A DNA stretch of 64,000 nt from an uncultured Clostridia bacterium (lineage in GTDB: Bacteria; Bacillota; Clostridia; Lachnospirales; Anaerotignaceae): contig CAMBLO010000004.1 in assembly GCA_945868505.1 (NCBI GenBank), positions 45,063-109,062 of the forward strand, written 5' to 3'. This document shows positions 7,416 to 16,624 of the stretch, piece after piece. The position numbers were made by a program, and so were the translations under genes. The notes beneath the pieces were generated by a model. It saw nothing but the letters and a program-made list of their open reading frames with translations, searched no databases and had not been told where the DNA came from. The first letter of the stretch is position 1, and every line of letters begins with the position of its first letter.

Positions 7416-10037
7416 ATGGCGAAGATCACACCCATGATGCAGCAATACTTTGAAATCAAAGAAAACTATAAGCATTGCCTGCTTTTTTTTCGTTTAGGGG
7501 ATTTTTATGAAATGTTTTTCGAGGATGCCGTTATCGCATCCAAGGAACTGGAGATCACCCTGACGGGAAAGGACTGGGGACAGGAAGAAAGAGCCCCTAT
7601 GTGCGGCGTGCCTTTCCATTCCGCAGATGGGTATATCGCCCGCTTGATCGAGAAGGGCTATAAGGTGGCGATCTGCGAACAGGTGGAAGACCCTAAGGCG
7701 GCAAAGGGCTTGGTAAAGCGGGATGTTGTCCGTGTCATTACCCCCGGTACGGTCGTGGACAATACCGTTTTGGATGAAACCAAAAACAACTATATCCTCT
7801 CCGTTTACAGCAGTAACAGCGGTTATGGTATTGCCGTCTGCGATGTCACCACCGGTGAATTCCAGACAACGGAATTCGGCAGTGTGCAGGCGGCAGCGAA
7901 AATTCTGGATGAAACGGCTCGCTTTTCCCCTGCGGAGCTGATCTGCAACGGGGAATTTCTGAATAGCCCTCTGGCGAAGGAAATTGAGCAGAGATTCCAC
8001 TTGTATCTGAACGATATTGACAGCCGTATGTATGATTACAATACGGCGAAGGATGCCCTGCAGAAGCATTTCAAGGTAAAGACCTTGGAGGGCTTTGGGT
8101 TGAAGAAAAAGCTGCTGGCTGTTTCTGCCTCCGGTGCACTGATGTGGTATCTGAATGAAACACAGAAAAATGATTTGAGCCATATTTCCACCTTGAAGTA
8201 TTATACAACGGGGGATTTCATGCTGTTGGATGTTTCCAGCCGCAGAAATTTGGAACTGACGGAAACCATGCGGGAAAAGAGCAAAAAAGGCTCTCTTTTG
8301 AGTGTCTTGGATAAGACCCAGACAGCCATGGGTGCAAGACTTTTGCGGAAATGGGTGGAACAGCCCCTTCTTTCCAAGGATGAAATCAATAAACGTTTGG
8401 ACGGGGTAGAGGAATTGTTTGGTGATTTGTTCCTGCGGGAGGAAATCAAGGAAATCCTTCGCTCCATGTACGATTTTGAGCGTATCATGTCCCGTGTAGT
8501 CTATCAGAATGCCAATGCCAGAGATTTGGCGGCATTGAAAAATTCCATCGAAAATCTGCCTCTGCTGAAAGAGATTTTGAACCGCTGCGAAAGTCCCTAC
8601 CTGACGGAGCTGCATGAGCAGTTAGACCCTCTGGAAAATATCCATGCGCTGATTTCTCAGGCGATTGTGGAGGACCCTCCCTTTTCCGTTCGGGAAGGCG
8701 GCATGATTCGGGAAGGCTTCAACGACGAATTGGATACTTATGTGAAAGCCAAGGAAAACGGCACCACATGGATCAAAGAACTGGAAGAAACGGAACGAGA
8801 AAAAACAGGCATCAAAAACCTGAAGGTTCGCTACAACAAGGTTTTTGGCTATTATATCGAAATCACCAAATCTAACTTGGAGATGGTTCCCGAAACCTAT
8901 ATCCGCAAGCAGACCCTTGCCAATGCGGAACGCTTTATCACCCCTGAACTGAAGGAATTGGAAGAACTGATTTTGGGTGCGGAAGATAAAATCACCACAT
9001 TGGAATACGATATGTTCTGCGAAATCCGCAATGCCGTTGCGGCAGAAGTGGAACGTATCCAATATTGTGCCTATATCGTTTCTGTCATCGACTGTCTGCA
9101 GTCTCTAGGGGAGGTTGCCCAGAGCATGCATTATACAAAACCTGTGGTGGATGATGGCGATATCATCGAAATCAAAGGCGGCAGACACCCTGTAGTGGAA
9201 AAAATGATGGAGGGGCAATTCATTCCAAATGATACGTACCTCGACCAAGAGGATACCCGCCTTGCCATCATCACAGGTCCCAATATGGCGGGAAAATCTA
9301 CATATATGCGGCAGACAGCCCTGATCGTGTTGATGGCGCAGATTGGCAGCTTTGTTCCTGCGGAGGAAGCCCATATCGGTATTGTAGACCGCATCTTCAC
9401 CCGTGTAGGTGCCTCCGATGACCTGAGTGCAGGCCAGAGTACTTTCATGGTGGAAATGACAGAGGTAGCCAATATCCTGAATAATGCCACCAGCAAGAGC
9501 CTGTTGATTTTGGACGAAATTGGTCGAGGAACAAGTACCTTCGATGGTCTGTCTATTGCGTGGGCGGTATTGGAATATATTGCCGATACAAAGCAGATTG
9601 GGGCAAAGACCTTGTTTGCCACCCATTATCATGAGCTGAGCGAACTGGAAGGCAAACTTTCCGGCGTGAAGAATTACTGCATTGCTGTGCAGGAGCAAGG
9701 GGAGGATATCATCTTCCTGCGTAAAATCCAGCGGGGCGGCGCAGATCACAGCTATGGGGTGCAGGTGGCCCGTTTGGCAGGTCTGCCCAATAAAGTTATC
9801 CGTCGCAGCGGTCAGATTTTGAAACAGCTGAACGCGGCGGATATTACGAAAAAAGCGAAAAAAATTGCTGTAGAATCCAAGGAGCAAATGGAGGAAACAG
9901 CGAAACAGATAGATATGTTCAACATGGCAGAAACCCAGCTGGCGGATGAACTCTCCAAGCTGGACGTGATGACCATGACCCCCATTGAAGCCTTGCAGAC
10001 CCTTTTTGAGCTGCAAAAAAAGGCCAAGGGGATGTAA
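7416..10037 (+). CDS. mutS: DNA mismatch repair protein MutS
   Basis: The N-terminus is MAKITPMMQQYFEIKE, the Walker A is GPNMAGKSTYMRQ, and STFMVEM and DEIGRGTST are present. The ATG at 7416 follows GGAGGAAG. The ORF-track start at 7344 would add a non-homologous extension. Confidence 0.95.
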   Translation: MAKITPMMQQYFEIKENYKHCLLFFRLGDFYEMFFEDAVIASKELEITLTGKDWGQEERAPMCGVPFHSADGYIARLIEKGYKVAICEQVEDPKAAKGLVKRDVVRVITPGTVVDNTVLDETKNNYILSVYSSNSGYGIAVCDVTTGEFQTTEFGSVQAAAKILDETARFSPAELICNGEFLNSPLAKEIEQRFHLYLNDIDSRMYDYNTAKDALQKHFKVKTLEGFGLKKKLLAVSASGALMWYLNETQKNDLSHISTLKYYTTGDFMLLDVSSRRNLELTETMREKSKKGSLLSVLDKTQTAMGARLLRKWVEQPLLSKDEINKRLDGVEELFGDLFLREEIKEILRSMYDFERIMSRVVYQNANARDLAALKNSIENLPLLKEILNRCESPYLTELHEQLDPLENIHALISQAIVEDPPFSVREGGMIREGFNDELDTYVKAKENGTTWIKELEETEREKTGIKNLKVRYNKVFGYYIEITKSNLEMVPETYIRKQTLANAERFITPELKELEELILGAEDKITTLEYDMFCEIRNAVAAEVERIQYCAYIVSVIDCLQSLGEVAQSMHYTKPVVDDGDIIEIKGGRHPVVEKMMEGQFIPNDTYLDQEDTRLAIITGPNMAGKSTYMRQTALIVLMAQIGSFVPAEEAHIGIVDRIFTRVGASDDLSAGQSTFMVEMTEVANILNNATSKSLLILDEIGRGTSTFDGLSIAWAVLEYIADTKQIGAKTLFATHYHELSELEGKLSGVKNYCIAVQEQGEDIIFLRKIQRGGADHSYGVQVARLAGLPNKVIRRSGQILKQLNAADITKKAKKIAVESKEQMEETAKQIDMFNMAETQLADELSKLDVMTMTPIEALQTLFELQKKAKGM

Positions 10038-10060
10038 GTTTTTGAGGAAGGAGGAGACAC

Positions 10061-12076
10061 ATGCAGAAAATTCGACTGCTGGACTCCAAAACCATCAATA
10101 AAATAGCGGCAGGGGAAGTAGTAGAATCCCCTAAATCCGTGGTAAAGGAACTGACGGAAAACGCCATTGACGCCGGTGCCAGCAGTGTGACTGTGGAGAT
10201 TAGGGAAGGCGGCATTTCCTATATCCGTGTGGCGGATAACGGCTGTGGGATTCCAAAGGAACAGGTGAAATCCGCATTTCTGCGCCATGCCACCAGTAAA
10301 ATGAGCCAGATTGAAGATTTGGAGCATATTTTTACTCTGGGGTTCCGTGGGGAGGCCCTTGCCAGTATTGCGGCTGTGGCACAGGTGGAAATGCTGACGA
10401 AAACCAAGGAGGAGGAAACAGGTACCCGCATCTGCATCAACGCAGGGGAGATTGAGGTCATGGAGGATACTGCCTGCAGAGAAGGCACTTCCATCACAGT
10501 CAAGAATCTTTTCTATAGCGTGCCTGCCCGCAGAAAATTCCTGAAAAAGCCTGCCACCGAAAGCGGCTATGTCTCCGACTTGGTAAACAAGATTGCTTTG
10601 GGGCATCCCGAAGTAGCCATTCATTATATCAACAACGGCACAACGGTTCTGCATACGGCAGGGAATAACGACCCCAAAACGGCGGTGTTCTATGTATATG
10701 GTAAGGATGCGGCAAGCAATATGCTGCCCATCGTCTATAAAAAAGGAGAATACGCTGTCAGCGGTCTGATCGGCAAGCCGGAGCTTTGTAGAGCCAATCG
10801 CAACTATGAAAACCTCTTTATCAACGGCAGATTCATCAAGAATCAGGTGGTTTCCTCCGCAGTGGAGGATGCTTATAAAACGAAGCTTCTTATTGGCAAA
10901 TTTCCTGTGTTTGTGCTGAATTTGGAGGTGGAGCCTGCCTTGGTGGATGTGAACGTTCATCCTGCCAAGCTGGAAGTCCGCTTCAAAAATGATGATGAAG
11001 TTTACGAATTTTTCTATACGGCAGTTTCCAAGGCGTTGCAGGAAACGGTGCTGATTCCAAAGGCAGTTTTGGAAAAGAAGCCTAAGGAAAAACAGTCGGA
11101 GCCGGAACAGCAGACTTTGGCAGATGCACCAAAGAGACCGGAACCTGTAAAAGAACCGCCCAGAGCCCCGGAAAGCACCGGGGCGAAACCGGAACAGGAA
11201 GAACTGAAATCGGAAGGCATCTATCAGCCAAAAGCTGAAAAACCAGTGGAATCGGCAAAACCTTCCATGCCCGACAGAACTGTTTTGGGCGGCGGCAGAA
11301 GCGTAGATGAATTGCTGAGGCGGAAACCTGCTTCCAGCGGTGTTGCCCAGACGGCTGTGCCTTATTTGAAAAAAGAAGCTGTGCAGGAAAAAGAAGCCGT
11401 GAAGGCAGAACCTGTAAAATTGCAGGAAGTACCAAAACAGGAAGAAAACAAAATTTCTGCCGCGGAAGAAGAAAGCAAAGAAGAAAAGAAGCCTTTCTTC
11501 CAGAATTATAAAATCATCGGACAGGTATTCCGTACGTATTGGATTGTGGAGCAGGGAGAATGTCTTTTCCTGATTGACCAGCATGCGGCCCATGAACGCA
11601 TCCTCTACGAAGAACTGATGAACCGCTTCAAAGAGGAGCAGGTAGTTTCCCAACGGATGCTGAACCCGTTGATGCTGAACCTGACCCCTATGGAAACCGA
11701 GGTTTTGAAGGATAATAAAGAACTGTTGGAAAGCTTTGGCTTTGAACTGGAGAATTTTGGCGGGAAATATGCCCTGCGGGCTACGCCTTATCTATTGCAG
11801 AACCCCAGCAGTATCGGTTTCTTTACGGATATTCTGGACAGGCTGGCAGAGGAACGGATTACAAATGTGTATGATACAAAAATACTGGCGGTGGCGACCA
11901 TGGCCTGCAAGGCGGCGGTCAAAGGTCATGATGTGCTGAGTATGCGGGAGGCGGAAGCCCTCATCCATCAGCTTCTGAAGCTAGAGCATCCCTTTACCTG
12001 CCCCCACGGCAGACCGACCATCATCCAGTTGACAAAATATGAAATGGAAAAAATGTTCAAACGAATCCAGAACTGA
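10061..12076 (+). CDS. mutL: DNA mismatch repair protein MutL
   Basis: The GHKL ATPase motifs are present (IAAGEVVESPKSVVKELTENAIDAG, DNGCGI, GFRGEAL). A Pro/Glu/Lys-rich linker follows. The C-terminal dimerisation/endonuclease region has DQHAAHERILYE and the CPHGRP motif. Confidence 0.95.
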   Translation: MQKIRLLDSKTINKIAAGEVVESPKSVVKELTENAIDAGASSVTVEIREGGISYIRVADNGCGIPKEQVKSAFLRHATSKMSQIEDLEHIFTLGFRGEALASIAAVAQVEMLTKTKEEETGTRICINAGEIEVMEDTACREGTSITVKNLFYSVPARRKFLKKPATESGYVSDLVNKIALGHPEVAIHYINNGTTVLHTAGNNDPKTAVFYVYGKDAASNMLPIVYKKGEYAVSGLIGKPELCRANRNYENLFINGRFIKNQVVSSAVEDAYKTKLLIGKFPVFVLNLEVEPALVDVNVHPAKLEVRFKNDDEVYEFFYTAVSKALQETVLIPKAVLEKKPKEKQSEPEQQTLADAPKRPEPVKEPPRAPESTGAKPEQEELKSEGIYQPKAEKPVESAKPSMPDRTVLGGGRSVDELLRRKPASSGVAQTAVPYLKKEAVQEKEAVKAEPVKLQEVPKQEENKISAAEEESKEEKKPFFQNYKIIGQVFRTYWIVEQGECLFLIDQHAAHERILYEELMNRFKEEQVVSQRMLNPLMLNLTPMETEVLKDNKELLESFGFELENFGGKYALRATPYLLQNPSSIGFFTDILDRLAEERITNVYDTKILAVATMACKAAVKGHDVLSMREAEALIHQLLKLEHPFTCPHGRPTIIQLTKYEMEKMFKRIQN

Positions 12077-12100
12077 TTCCGAAAGAAAAAGGTGAGGTTT

Positions 12101-13039
12101 ATGAAAAGACCCCTGATTGTCATTGGCGGGCCCACTGCCTGCGGCAAAACAGGATTTTCCATCAAGCTGGCAAAAAAAATCGGCGGCGAAATCATCTCTG
12201 CGGATTCCATGCAGGTATACAGATATATGGATATCGGCACGGCGAAGGTGACCCCGGAGGAGGCTGACGGTGTGCCCCATTATCTCATTGATGAGCTGAA
12301 TCCTGATGAGGAATATAACGTGATGCTTTTCCAGCAGAAGGCAAAAGCCTATATGGAGGAAATCTGGGCAAAGGGGAAAATCCCCATTCTCGTGGGCGGC
12401 ACAGGCTTTTATATCAATGCCCTTTTGTATGATAATGACTTCACGGAAACGGAGAACGACACCTCCTATCGTGAGGAATGTTACAAACTGGCACAGGAGC
12501 AGGGGGCGGAAGTCCTTTATGAAAGATTGAAGGAAATCGACCCCGAATATGCCGCAAATATCCATGCGAATAATGTGAAGCGGGTGACCCGTGCTTTAGA
12601 ATATCATTACCTGACAGGGCAGAAATTTTCCGAACACAATGCAGAGCAGAAGGAAAAGGAAACGCCCTATGATGCGGCAGTCATCATCCTGACCATGGAC
12701 AGAGAAAAGCTTTATGAACGCATTGAACTGCGCATAGATCTGATGATGGAGCAGGGGCTACTGGAGGAAGTGAAGGGACTTCTGGATAAGGGGTATACCC
12801 CTGATTTAGTTTCCATGCAGGGTATCGGCTACAAGGAATTCATTCCTTATTTTAAGGGGGAATGTACTCTGGAAGAAGCTGTGACACAGCTGAAAACCAA
12901 CACCAGGCGTTTTGCCAAACGGCAGTTGACATGGTTCCGTCGGCAAATCGACGGTCTTTGGATAGACATGAGCAAGGCTACGGGCGAAGAGGCCTTGGAG
13001 GATGTGCTGGACTATTTAAAGGAAGGGAACATATTGTAA
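12101..13039 (+). CDS. miaA: tRNA dimethylallyltransferase
   Basis: The P-loop is GGPTACGKT, and DSMQVYRYMDIGTAK and the QLTWFRR motif are present. The ATG at 12101 follows AAAGGTGAGG. The GTG at 12092 is an alternative start. Confidence 0.9.
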   Translation: MKRPLIVIGGPTACGKTGFSIKLAKKIGGEIISADSMQVYRYMDIGTAKVTPEEADGVPHYLIDELNPDEEYNVMLFQQKAKAYMEEIWAKGKIPILVGGTGFYINALLYDNDFTETENDTSYREECYKLAQEQGAEVLYERLKEIDPEYAANIHANNVKRVTRALEYHYLTGQKFSEHNAEQKEKETPYDAAVIILTMDREKLYERIELRIDLMMEQGLLEEVKGLLDKGYTPDLVSMQGIGYKEFIPYFKGECTLEEAVTQLKTNTRRFAKRQLTWFRRQIDGLWIDMSKATGEEALEDVLDYLKEGNIL

Positions 13040-13075
13040 CATACGGGGAAATCTATCTGCAAAGAAGGGATTCGT

Positions 13076-14005
13076 ATGTGGTCGACCCTTTGGTTCGATT
13101 ATACTTTTTTTGAATTATATGCTTATTTTATGATTTACAGCTTTCTTGGCTGGGCCATGGAATCGGCCTTTGTTTCCATCACTACGAAAAAGTGGGTTAA
13201 TCGGGGCTTTGTCAATGGGCCCATGTGTCCTATTTACGGCACAGGGGCGCTGCTCATCATTCTTGCCCTTGGCCCTGTGGCAGAAAGTGTCCCTCTGTTG
13301 TTTTTGGGTGGCTTTCTCATTGCCACTGTGGTAGAATACCTAATTGGGGCAGCTATGGAAAAGCTGTTCCATGCCACTTGGTGGGATTATTCGGAAAAGC
13401 CCTTCAATATCAAGGGACGCGTCTGTTTGGAGCGTTCTTTGGAATGGGGCGTCATTTCCGCTTTTGTAATGCGGGTGGTACAGCCTGCCATTGCAGGCTT
13501 TGTGGCGGCAATTCCCCGGGTTTGGGGGGAATTGGTGGGAACGCTGCTTTTGGCATATCTGGCAGTGGATGCGACCATTACGGTATTGCATGTGCTGCGG
13601 TTCAACGAAAAGCTGGAAGCCCTCAGCGAAGCCCATGCCCATCTGCGGGAGAAACTGGAAAGTACCAAGCTTTATGGTACCCGACAGGAAATCATTGCCC
13701 ACTTTGAAAATATGCCCGCTGTGGAAATGCTGCGGGAGTTGAAGGAACGCATGGCAGAAGAAGATGAACAGATCAAACTGCTGCGGGAAGAAGAACGGCT
13801 GCGCAGAGAATACATGATGAACGAAATCAGAGAAAAAATGGAAAACCGTGTCAATGCCCTGAATCGAAGCAGTTTGATCGAGCGGCGTTTGATGAAAGCA
13901 TATCCCGGGCTGCGTTCCAAGCGGTTTGATGAAGAATTGAAAGCCCTGAAACGGGAACTGGAAGAGAAGAGAAAATGGAAAAAGCAGAAAGGAGTTTCGA
14001 AATGA
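13076..14005 (+). CDS. Membrane protein of the 'putative ABC-transporter type IV' family (PF06541-like) with a long charged coiled-coil C-terminus
   Basis: The N-terminal ~170 aa are polytopic (YFMIYSFLGWAMESAFVSI...NGPMCPIYGTGA...). The C-terminal ~130 aa are rich in E/K/R heptad-like sequence. The stop overlaps the next start (ATGA at 14002-14005). Confidence 0.6.
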   Translation: MWSTLWFDYTFFELYAYFMIYSFLGWAMESAFVSITTKKWVNRGFVNGPMCPIYGTGALLIILALGPVAESVPLLFLGGFLIATVVEYLIGAAMEKLFHATWWDYSEKPFNIKGRVCLERSLEWGVISAFVMRVVQPAIAGFVAAIPRVWGELVGTLLLAYLAVDATITVLHVLRFNEKLEALSEAHAHLREKLESTKLYGTRQEIIAHFENMPAVEMLRELKERMAEEDEQIKLLREEERLRREYMMNEIREKMENRVNALNRSSLIERRLMKAYPGLRSKRFDEELKALKRELEEKRKWKKQKGVSK

Positions 14006-15612
14006 AAAGATCTTTCGCAAAATACATTGCTTTGTTTTTGGCAGCAGCGGTTGCCCTTGGTGCAGCCGGCTGCGGAAAAGATCAGGCAGAGCAGCAGGAA
14101 GAAAATGCTGTGGTAAGTGAAGAAAATGTGGATACAGAGGGCGAAAACAGCGGTAAAGATGCTGCCTCCACAGGCGAAAACGAGGAAAGCGACGAGGATG
14201 CAGCCCTGCCTGCGGCAAAAAAGAATGATCTGCAGGACGCCGTTCTGGCTGCTGATGGTGCGCCCAGCGTGGTGGCTTCTGCAGCGATCCTGATCGAAGC
14301 ATCCACAGGGACGATTTTATATGAAAAAAATCCGGACCAGAAGATGTATCCCGCCAGCATGACAAAAATGCTGACAGCTCTGGTGGCTTTGGATTACTTT
14401 GAGCCCGAAGAACTGATCAAGGTCGGCACTGAGATCAATGAAGTAACGCTGGACTCCAGCAAGGCAGGCCATCAGTTGGGGGAAACTCTGACCATGAAAA
14501 ATGCCATCAGAGGGCTGATCATTCCTTCCGGGAACGATTCTGCCAATGTGGTTGCGGCAGCAGTAGCAAAAAGAGCGGAAAATGACGAAAGTCTTGGTTT
14601 TGCCAAATGTGAAGCTATTTTCACAGACCTGATGAATCAAAAAGCGGAAAAACTGGGGGCAACAAACAGCCATTTTGCCAATGCCCACGGCTATCATTCG
14701 GAAGATCATTATACCACAGCCCATGACATGGCACTGATCGCCAGAGCCTTTATGGAAAATGAAACCTTGGCGGAGATTGCCAATGAAAAGAGTTTTTCCG
14801 GCAACGGCGCGGATAATATGTTCGAAAGCAATGAAGATATGAAGACCCAGGAATACGCATGGCGCAGCCATAACCTGCTTATTATGGATGGGGAGTACAA
14901 CTATCCTTATGCAACAGGCATCAAGACTGGTTTTACAGACGAAGCGGGGGAATGTGTAACGGCGGCAGCGGAAAAAAATGATGTGCAGTTGATCGCGGTT
15001 ATTTTCCATTCCGAAGACCCCAACCGTTGGCTGGATGCGAAAAACCTTTTCGAATATGGCTTCAATAACTACCAGAAGATCGAGATTGCAAAAGCAAATG
15101 CTGCAATTGAAGAGGTTCCGCTGACGAAACATAAAAAATCCGAAGGCGATACCCTTGCAGTGGTATTCAAAGAAGATATGGTCACTTTCCTGCCCACATC
15201 CATTGGGAATAGTCTGAAAGCAACAGTAACATACAATGCAGACTACGCGGTAACCGATAAAGAAGGCAATGTTTCTTTGAAGGCACCCATCGAAAAGGGT
15301 GCGGAAATCGGTACAGCCTCCTATGAAGTGAAAGGCAAAACAGTTCTGGAAGCACCTGTTTATGCCGGCAGAGATGTATCTAAGGGTACGATTTTTAGTT
15401 CCATTGGCTATTTCTTTAAAAATCTGTTTACCCTGAAGGGAATCCTGACGCTGGTTGGCATCATCGTGGTGATCGCCGTTGTCATTCTTGTGATCAAATT
15501 GATCGGCAATCGCAGAAGCAGCAGACGCAGAGGCGGCTATAGCTTTGGCTCTGGTCTGAATATGGGCGGAAGCGGCAGAAGAAGACGCAGAGGCGGCAAA
15601 AGACGTTTCTGA
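14002..15612 (+). CDS. Serine-type D-Ala-D-Ala carboxypeptidase (PBP5/DacB-like lipoprotein)
   Basis: The lipoprotein signal is MKRSFAKYIALFLAAAVALGAAGCG. The active-site motifs are SMTK (ASMTKMLTA), SGN (IPSGNDSA) and KTG (IKTGFT). The C-terminus has a TM helix plus an Arg/Gly-rich tail. Confidence 0.85.
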   Translation: MKRSFAKYIALFLAAAVALGAAGCGKDQAEQQEENAVVSEENVDTEGENSGKDAASTGENEESDEDAALPAAKKNDLQDAVLAADGAPSVVASAAILIEASTGTILYEKNPDQKMYPASMTKMLTALVALDYFEPEELIKVGTEINEVTLDSSKAGHQLGETLTMKNAIRGLIIPSGNDSANVVAAAVAKRAENDESLGFAKCEAIFTDLMNQKAEKLGATNSHFANAHGYHSEDHYTTAHDMALIARAFMENETLAEIANEKSFSGNGADNMFESNEDMKTQEYAWRSHNLLIMDGEYNYPYATGIKTGFTDEAGECVTAAAEKNDVQLIAVIFHSEDPNRWLDAKNLFEYGFNNYQKIEIAKANAAIEEVPLTKHKKSEGDTLAVVFKEDMVTFLPTSIGNSLKATVTYNADYAVTDKEGNVSLKAPIEKGAEIGTASYEVKGKTVLEAPVYAGRDVSKGTIFSSIGYFFKNLFTLKGILTLVGIIVVIAVVILVIKLIGNRRSSRRRGGYSFGSGLNMGGSGRRRRRGGKRRF

Positions 15613-15660
15613 TAGAAAACAGATAAATTGAATCGATATGAAATAGAATAAAGCAAAAAA

Positions 15661-15705
15661 CCGACTGTCTGATGACATATCCTGCCTAAGACGGTCGGTT
15701 TTTTG
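15661..15705 (+). terminator. Rho-independent terminator after the carboxypeptidase gene
   Basis: ccgactgtct (15661-15670) pairs with agacggtcgg (15689-15698) with one G-T wobble, followed by a T6 run. Confidence 0.75.
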
Positions 15706-15779
15706 TGTAACAAAGCTGCAATGGGGAAAGGCTTTTTGCTTTTGCGGCGGTTTTTGAAGATGAATTACAATTGTATTTT

Positions 15780-16440
15780 GACTTCTACGGTCAGCGGTAT
15801 TCAAGGGACGGGTCTGGGAATGGCGATTGCCAAAAATATCGTTGATATGATGAATGGTAATATTTCTGTAAGCAGCGAAGTTGGTAAGGGAACAGAATTT
15901 ATCATCTCCCTGCAGTTTGCTGTTTGCGGAAAACAAAAAAAGAGAAGAATGTACCCGAGCTGAAAGGCTTGCACGCTTTGGTAGCGGATGATGATTTTAA
16001 CACTTGTGCCAGTGTTTCCAAGATGCTTACCAGCATAGGGCTTCGAGCAGAATGGACAACATCAGGGAATGAAGCAATTTTGCGAACGACTTTTGCCAAA
16101 GAAAATCATGATGAATTTCAGGTTTATATCATTGACTGGCTGATGTCCGATATGAATGGGATCGAGGTTGTCAGAAGGATTCGTAAAGTCATAGGGGAAG
16201 ATAAACCAATCATTATTCTTACGGCCTACGATTGGTCGGATATTGAAGCGGAGAAGAGAAGCGGGCGTTACCGCATTCTGCGAAAAGCCCCTGTTCCTGT
16301 CCGAATTGCAGGATACCCTTTTGGCTTCGGCAGGATATTCGATTGCCGGAGAGGCTTCTTTAGAAGACAAAGCGGCATCTTTTGTAGGAAAGCATGTTCT
16401 TTTAGTAGAGGATGTGGAACTGAACAAGGAGGTTGTCTGA
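15780..16440 (+). pseudogene. Relic of a hybrid sensor histidine kinase/response regulator, truncated at both ends and frameshifted at least twice
   Basis: Frame a carries the end of an HATPase_c domain only (TSTVSGIQGTGLGMAIAKNIVDMMNGNISVSSEVGKGTEFIISLQF). Frame b carries a REC domain (LHALVADDDFNTCASVSKML...IIDWLMSDMNGIEVVRRIR...IIILTAYDWSDIEAE). Frame c continues with AGVTAFCEKPLFLSELQDTL and the first residues of a second REC domain (KHVLLVEDVELNKEVV), then stops. No HisKA/dimerisation or sensor part precedes it. The frame changes lie near the A7 run at ~15933 and near ~16255. Confidence 0.8.
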
Positions 16441-16479
16441 GGACAATCTCCTTTTTGCATAAAAATAAGATTGTCCTCA
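16438..16479. repeat. Perfect 12-bp inverted repeat with an 18-nt spacer, exactly at the 3' break of the kinase relic
   Basis: tgaggacaatct (16438-16449) and agattgtcctca (16468-16479) are exact reverse complements. No T tract follows. Confidence 0.8.
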
Positions 16480-16506
16480 GAATATTGGGTGAACCTACCC
16501 ATTTTC

Positions 16507-16534
16507 TTGACATTTTATAGAAAGAATATAAAAT
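16507..16534 (+). promoter_or_regulatory. Candidate sigma-A promoter for the pilus operon
   Basis: TTGACA (16507-16512), a 16-nt spacer, then TAAAAT (16529-34) in an AT-rich region ~90 nt upstream of the giant gene. Confidence 0.45.
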
Positions 16535-16578
16535 AAAAGTAAAGAATTCTGTAAACTTGAGATAGTTCCGCATTTTTT

Positions 16579-16603
16579 TGGCAGCTATTCGATATAGCTG
16601 CCA
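16579..16603 (+). promoter_or_regulatory. Perfect 10-bp inverted repeat (hairpin or operator) in the leader of the giant pilin gene
   Basis: tggcagctat (16579-16588) and atagctgcca (16594-16603) are exact reverse complements with a 5-nt spacer. The repeat abuts the SD region GGCGAGGGTG. Confidence 0.6.
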
Positions 16604-16624
16604 GGCGAGGGTGTGTATAATAAT

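Noticed and set aside
9812-11653. A 613-aa ORF on the minus strand across the mutS/mutL junction.
   Set aside because: It lies antisense to genes with unmistakable MutS/MutL motifs. Its translation is low-complexity (F/L/R-rich) with no recognisable motif, so it is a typical shadow ORF.
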